A stretch of DNA of 61,415 nucleotides, filler included, from Catajapyx aquilonaris (lineage: Eukaryota), in NCBI GenBank assembly GCA_000934665.2. It is 4 parts of 4 records of this genome, joined end to end, with 100 filler letters (N's around TTAATTAATTAA, not from the genome) between each part and the next. Parts side by side here need not be neighbours in the genome. Positions count along the whole stretch, not along the records: positions 46,130 to 61,415 come from JYFJ02007546.1; 3 more parts are not named here. One strand, written 5' to 3'. Of this stretch, positions 56,320 to 61,415 are shown in pieces (within the stretch, counting starts at the first letter, position 1; every line of letters begins with the position of its first letter). Position numbers and translations under genes: made by a program. The notes below the pieces were generated by a model. It worked only from the letters and a program-made list of their open reading frames with translations. It was not told the origin of the DNA and did no database searches.

Positions 56320-56760
56320 TCAGTGATAGTACTTGGATATGGCCTTGAGAGCAGCGGCCTTGACATGTGGCATGCAAGGGTTGTCGAGAAAGGCGCCGAA
56401 GCAGCCCAGCCTCTCGAAGCAGGAGTAGTTGACGTGCGTGGAAGGGTGTTGCTCGCAGCACGACACCAGCGCCCATACGCAGGGGGACGGAGAGTACACG
56501 CTGTTACTCTCTTCGTCTTCGTTGTCCAGAGGTGGAGGCACCTTCGACACAGGTTTGGACCCCCTCACGTCTATCTCCGGTGGGAGATACGTCCTGTTGG
56601 GGAGATCTTCCCCTCGACGGGGAAACGAGGCTCGCTTTACCCCTGACATGGGTGGCCTCCATCCGCCTAGTCCGCTGACCTCAGGAGGAGGGACGTACAC
56701 CTTGAGAGGCACACACGAGCTCAGTCCAATCAGTAACGTCAGAACCGTCAACCACAGCAT
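56320..56760 (-). CDS. Small secreted protein, 146 aa: signal peptide, Pro-rich linker, C-terminal 6-Cys domain
   Basis: GC-rich single coding exon preceded by a splice acceptor (ttcattccag, AG at 56771-56770). Hydrophobic N-terminus MLWLTVLTLLIGLSSC; C-terminal CVWALVSCC..CFERLGCFGAFLDNPC. Confidence 0.75.
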   Translation of the reverse strand: MLWLTVLTLLIGLSSCVPLKVYVPPPEVSGLGGWRPPMSGVKRASFPRRGEDLPNRTYLPPEIDVRGSKPVSKVPPPLDNEDEESNSVYSPSPCVWALVSCCEQHPSTHVNYSCFERLGCFGAFLDNPCMPHVKAAALKAISKYYH

Positions 56761-59700
56761 CGTCAGCGTCTGGAATGAACAAGAATCATCATTATTAGCA
56801 TCACAAGAGCATTAAAAATTGACCGAAATTGACCGAAATGTTACAGTGCAGTGCAGCCACTTCTAAATCATCATCATCATCATCGTTTTATAATATTGTG
56901 GATCAGCAATTTAATGAACCCATTCCCTTGGACACTTGGCAGTCCTATACAGAGATTGTCAGTTGCATAACAGTAATATTTCAAGTGTTGAACTCCCGAC
57001 TTGATGGGAGCGTGTATACGAGTGTGGCGGACATGCATCGTTGGTGCCAAAACGGGCTCGACAACTACTTAATGTGAGTGGCATCTTGAATAGAGGACGA
57101 GGGGTTTGTCGGACACAATAATGTCGCGATGAGTGTCCTTCGAAGACTGGTGCTGGCGTGTAACGAGGAGGCTATAAATTTCAGACGTTGTTTTTTTTCT
57201 GGAGGATGCAATCACTGCTCTATTGTTTTCCGAATTGTTCCGGATTCGCTTCAGTAAATTCGACAGCCTTCGACAATCAAAACTCTGCGACGCGAATTCA
57301 TAAATAATTGCGGGGTTTTTCATGTTTGCATCATTTTTTTTATAATTAATTCCAAACCGGTTCAGGCCCCCACTTTAGAAAGTATTATTAAGCAAATATT
57401 TTACAAATACGTTTATGCGTCACCGAAATTAAAGTCGTAATTATGGCAATAGAAAACACGCATTTTGGCCATTCCAGTATTCGTTGTTCATTGTTATTGT
57501 TACAAAGGAGAAAGAATGTTCATATTTCAAGTAGGCCCTACACAGCCAGAATTATAAGCTACGAATATATTGTAGGCCACCTACGGTGTCAGTTGGTGCC
57601 AAATTTTCTCACAAAAAACTGCTTATTTTCAAGGCAGTTACTTTCAAGAGTTATTAAATAATTATATCGGCCAATTATTAGAACAAGTAGAACCTGCCAT
57701 CTGCCTTAATTACAATGAATTCCTGAGCTCGAGACACTGAAAGCGATTCATTCATATTATTTAACTCCAGGCTATATAGACCCTCCATGTGGTTCTGTTC
57801 AAACGTGGGCGTATTTTCACGAAGCCTTATCAACTAATAACTATATGAAAAGCTATAAAACTGTTCGAAATTTCTTAATAAGCTAATGGAAAAATTAACA
57901 GCTCAAACCCGGGCCCCTCCACAAGTGTGGACTGAATTCTGATCGCATATAATGAGAGTCAAATCGAGCTGTTAAAAATTCCCTGCGAGCAGTCGACGAG
58001 CTGGGAGGCAACAATGGGGGAGCTCGCAACAATGCAAACACATCTTGGGGAGGAAGAATACAATTTGGGGGTAAACGGTGTGGGGTCTGATCATTGGCAT
58101 TCATGGCGCGTGTTTAGTTCAGCTTCGTTTTTGGTAGAGTTTGGGGGGCTGGAAGGATAAGGTTGGAAGCAGGGTAGGAAGGGGGGGGGGGGTTATACCC
58201 TTCCCTACCCCTCCTTCCCCCACTACGCATATAAATGTTCCACTTAATGCCACCTCCCTACCCCCTCTCCCCACTACTAAAAGCCACATCTTGGGACAAC
58301 ACAGGCGGTATGCTCCTTGAATCCACAAAATGTGATATCTTCCTATATGCTGTTTTCCTATTGAAAAATGTCTGATCTGCGTGCAAGAGAGACTTAGGAT
58401 TGTTGGCAAGCCGAATGCGAACTCTTTATCAATGATCTCTGGAAGTATTTTATTTGACCAGCAACGTAGACGATGAGTCAACACGGACAAAGAAGCGGAC
58501 AGAGAGAATAAGGTGATTAGTATAGTATGATCAAAAGTCATAGAGGCAGAAAATTGAAATTACTTTCTTACCGTATATACCCAGTAGATTATAAATTAAT
58601 TAATCAAACTCGTGCAAATTCAAGTAATTCTTATCTGGAAGTACAAAGTATAGGATATATATGATCCGAAATAATAATTATTTTAATATTGGGGATAGCA
58701 ATTGAAACCACGTCATATTGTGTAAACTGCAGGAGCCTACACCGCATTCCAAATAAAATTTGGTGGATACACAGTGGGCGTGTAACTGCAGTGTTACATA
58801 AAAACCACATAACCGATAGCAGTAAGCGTCCCATAAAAAAAATGGCACAGCTTTTCCGCACAGCAGTATATCCGGCCAGTCAAGGTCGTGGTGACAACAA
58901 CCCTTGCAATTTTTTCCCAAGCAATAAAAAAAGATACGAGCTGACCCTTCTGGCCATGCTGCGCTATATTTATATTTACAGTTTTTCTATTATTATTATT
59001 GTAAGAACTACATGTGATGTACTGGGTGAATCGTGGTGGACCATGAACCGCCTATCATGCCGTGTCACGAACATCCGGTTTCTGCTCATACACGATTGCG
59101 GCTACTGCAGGTGACGTGATATCACCACCAATTAACTATTTCTGACCACACTAAACTGGCTCTCCCTTCCTTACCACAAATATTTTTCCGTTGGTTGTTT
59201 CATTTCAGGAGATTAACCGGGACATTAGTGGAGTGCAAGTGTCACCAATATGCGCAATGATGCTATACTATATAGATAAGTGAAATCTAGAATATTGCAA
59301 ACCAAGGTTCCTGATCTTACATGAGGGTCAGAATGTTGTGATTTGCAATTTTCACGAGCATAATCTATAGAGAAGGGATAAGAAAATGTGCGTAATTCGT
59401 TTTTTTTTCGTACTTTGAGTCAGATGTTGCTCACTCACGAGATGATTTCATGTACTGTCCATTGTAAGACGCATCACGAAATGAATTGCGCAATTGTCGA
59501 GTTCATTAATATCAGTGTCAGGTGAACAATATGTGGCTCAAATAAGACCTTGTCATATATGGGTGCAATAAACATGACAAGCAAATTTTATCGCAGGTTT
59601 ATATCCCCTATACAATAGGTGAGCACTCACTCTACCACCCGGGGTAAATAAAATAAAATAAAACGAATAAAATAAAATAAATAAATATCCCCTACAATAG

Positions 59701-60911
59701 ATACAGGTATATTTATGATGCTTCCCGAAAATGGCATATCTCGGTCGAATGCGACTTTCCCTTTTCTAATAGCCACTATAAAATATTTGAACGCCAAAAA
59801 TTTGAGCTAAGATGTCCTACAGTTTGTAGCAACCAGCTCTTGCGATACAGAGTCGTACACTGCAACTAGACTGCCGCAGTTTGCGTTGTCTACTCCAGCA
59901 ACCATTTTGAAAGAGAAGTAATAAATTTCTTTTCTAACTGTGGTTTACATGCCAAAAATCTACGTGGCTATGGACTTTGTATTGGCATCCCATAAATGCT
60001 GCAATACGAGCGCACATCTTACCTGTAGTGAAGAGTGTAGAGGCAGTGCAATATGTGTCGTGGCAGCGTGCACACAGGACGGGAAGCAACTGAGTACACT
60101 GACTTCCTCCGCCGGCCGATAAATAAAAAATGAAAATAAAAAAAGAGGCGGCTCCCAAGAGGAAAGGAGACGTGTGGGTCTGACCTTGTAATGTTTGTAA
60201 GGAGCTGTGGGTGGGTGGGGCAGAAGGAGACTGATGGAGGGCTGAAGGAGGAAGTGTCTTATGAGGTCACAAGCACGACAAGTAACTACAGTAAGTGCAT
60301 ACTCCGAGATGAATCAATTTCCCTACCTTTTTTTTCTTTTTGCAAAATTTGTTGAATGGTAGTCACATCCGGTTGCTTTGAGACGACGCCCAGTTTCCTG
60401 TCACTAGATGACAAACCCGCCTTTTTAGCGCCTACACCCTCTTTAGCACACTTGTCGTAATTAGACGGCAGGTATGTGATGACCGGAAGGAAGTGTGACG
60501 CTATGCGTCTTTCCCCCAACCAGTGATTCGCAATTCTCCAATTGACGCGCGTGATCTGCATTTCGCAATTTTTTTTTCCTCTGGGTTTGCCGCCGCCCTC
60601 CGCCTCCCTTGGAGATGTTGCGTAATTGGCATTCGCGTCAGGTGCAATCTACGTGTCAACATGATCGCGGCTTCACTTTGCATTCAATCCCCCTCCACTC
60701 TCTTCAACCAATTGAAATCGAGAATTTGCATCATGCAGGGCACACACCTGGAAACATGATTGCATCGGAATTGCAGCCCAAGTTGGTCCTGCAAAAGTCG
60801 TGAATAGGATTTAAATACATGCCGGTGGGTTATTAATTATGCGCATAAATGCAGTACGCTGCGATTGAATCTATTGGTTTACAAAAATATTAATTACAAA
60901 TCAGTTGCTTT

Positions 60912-61142
60912 GGAACTGATACTCGTAAGATTATGGTGAAAAATATTACCTGCCAATATTTGGCTGCCGAATTGTGTCTTTTATTTTTGGAGTCGTAGGT
61001 TCCAATTTTCGTCCCACTTCTAGTCATTGCTAACGGCTGGCAGCGGTGACTAGAAGTGGGACGAAAATTCTACCCAATGACTCCAAAAATAAAAGAGAAT
61101 TCGGCAGCCATATTTTTAAACATCTACGAGTATCAGTTCCAC
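60912..61142. repeat. Foldback element/MITE
   Basis: tggaactgatactcgta..ggctgccgaatt..attttcgtcccacttctagtca pairs with tgactagaagtgggacgaaaat..aattcggcagcc..tacgagtatcagttcca. Confidence 0.75.
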
Positions 61143-61233
61143 ACACACTGGTACTGCTAAGTTAGTGAGTAACTAGCAGTGGGACAAAAATTCTACCTAT
61201 TTTCTCTCTTTCCTGAACATAAAACACTTAGGT

Positions 61234-61415
61234 CAGGGAGCATATACATACTACATAAGAGGCGCACACATTCGATTTCCGCGTCTCTCTGTTTGGGTAT
61301 TGCCAAGGCTGGCGGCCATCTTGAAGTGTGGGTAACGCCAACGAGGTATAAATAGGATACATGCAAAAATAGGGTCCGCCATCTTTGATTCGCGCGTGTT
61401 CTTGCCGTGTAGTTG
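61234..61415. mobile_element. Second, truncated copy of the 46728-47068 MITE in opposite orientation
   Basis: cagggagcata..ctacataagaggcgc..ttgccaaggctggcggccatcttgaagtgtggg..ttgattcgcgcgtgttcttg is the reverse complement of the right arm of the first copy. Confidence 0.85.

Overview
Eukaryotic, intron-rich animal DNA, most consistent with an arthropod. The window is four contigs of almost identical size (1-15283, 15384-30650, 30751-46029, 46130-61415) joined by 100-bp N44-TTAATTAATTAA-N44 spacers, so adjacency across spacers should not be trusted. Contig 1 has a complete 10-exon SLC18B1-like MFS transporter and the 5' part of archease, whose first intron contains a complete same-strand GPATCH2/GPATCH2L-like gene with no G-patch. 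Contig 2 has three divergent F-box/LRR paralogues around a regucalcin/SMP-30-like gene with substituted metal ligands. Contig 3 has a divergent MTBP orthologue head-to-head with MOSPD2, both cut off at their 3' ends. Contig 4 is rich in MITEs and SINEs and holds a degenerate CCAAT-containing tandem array and one small secreted 6-Cys protein gene. All exon models were read by hand from GT-AG sites with phase checks. Family assignments come from remembered motifs, not database searches.
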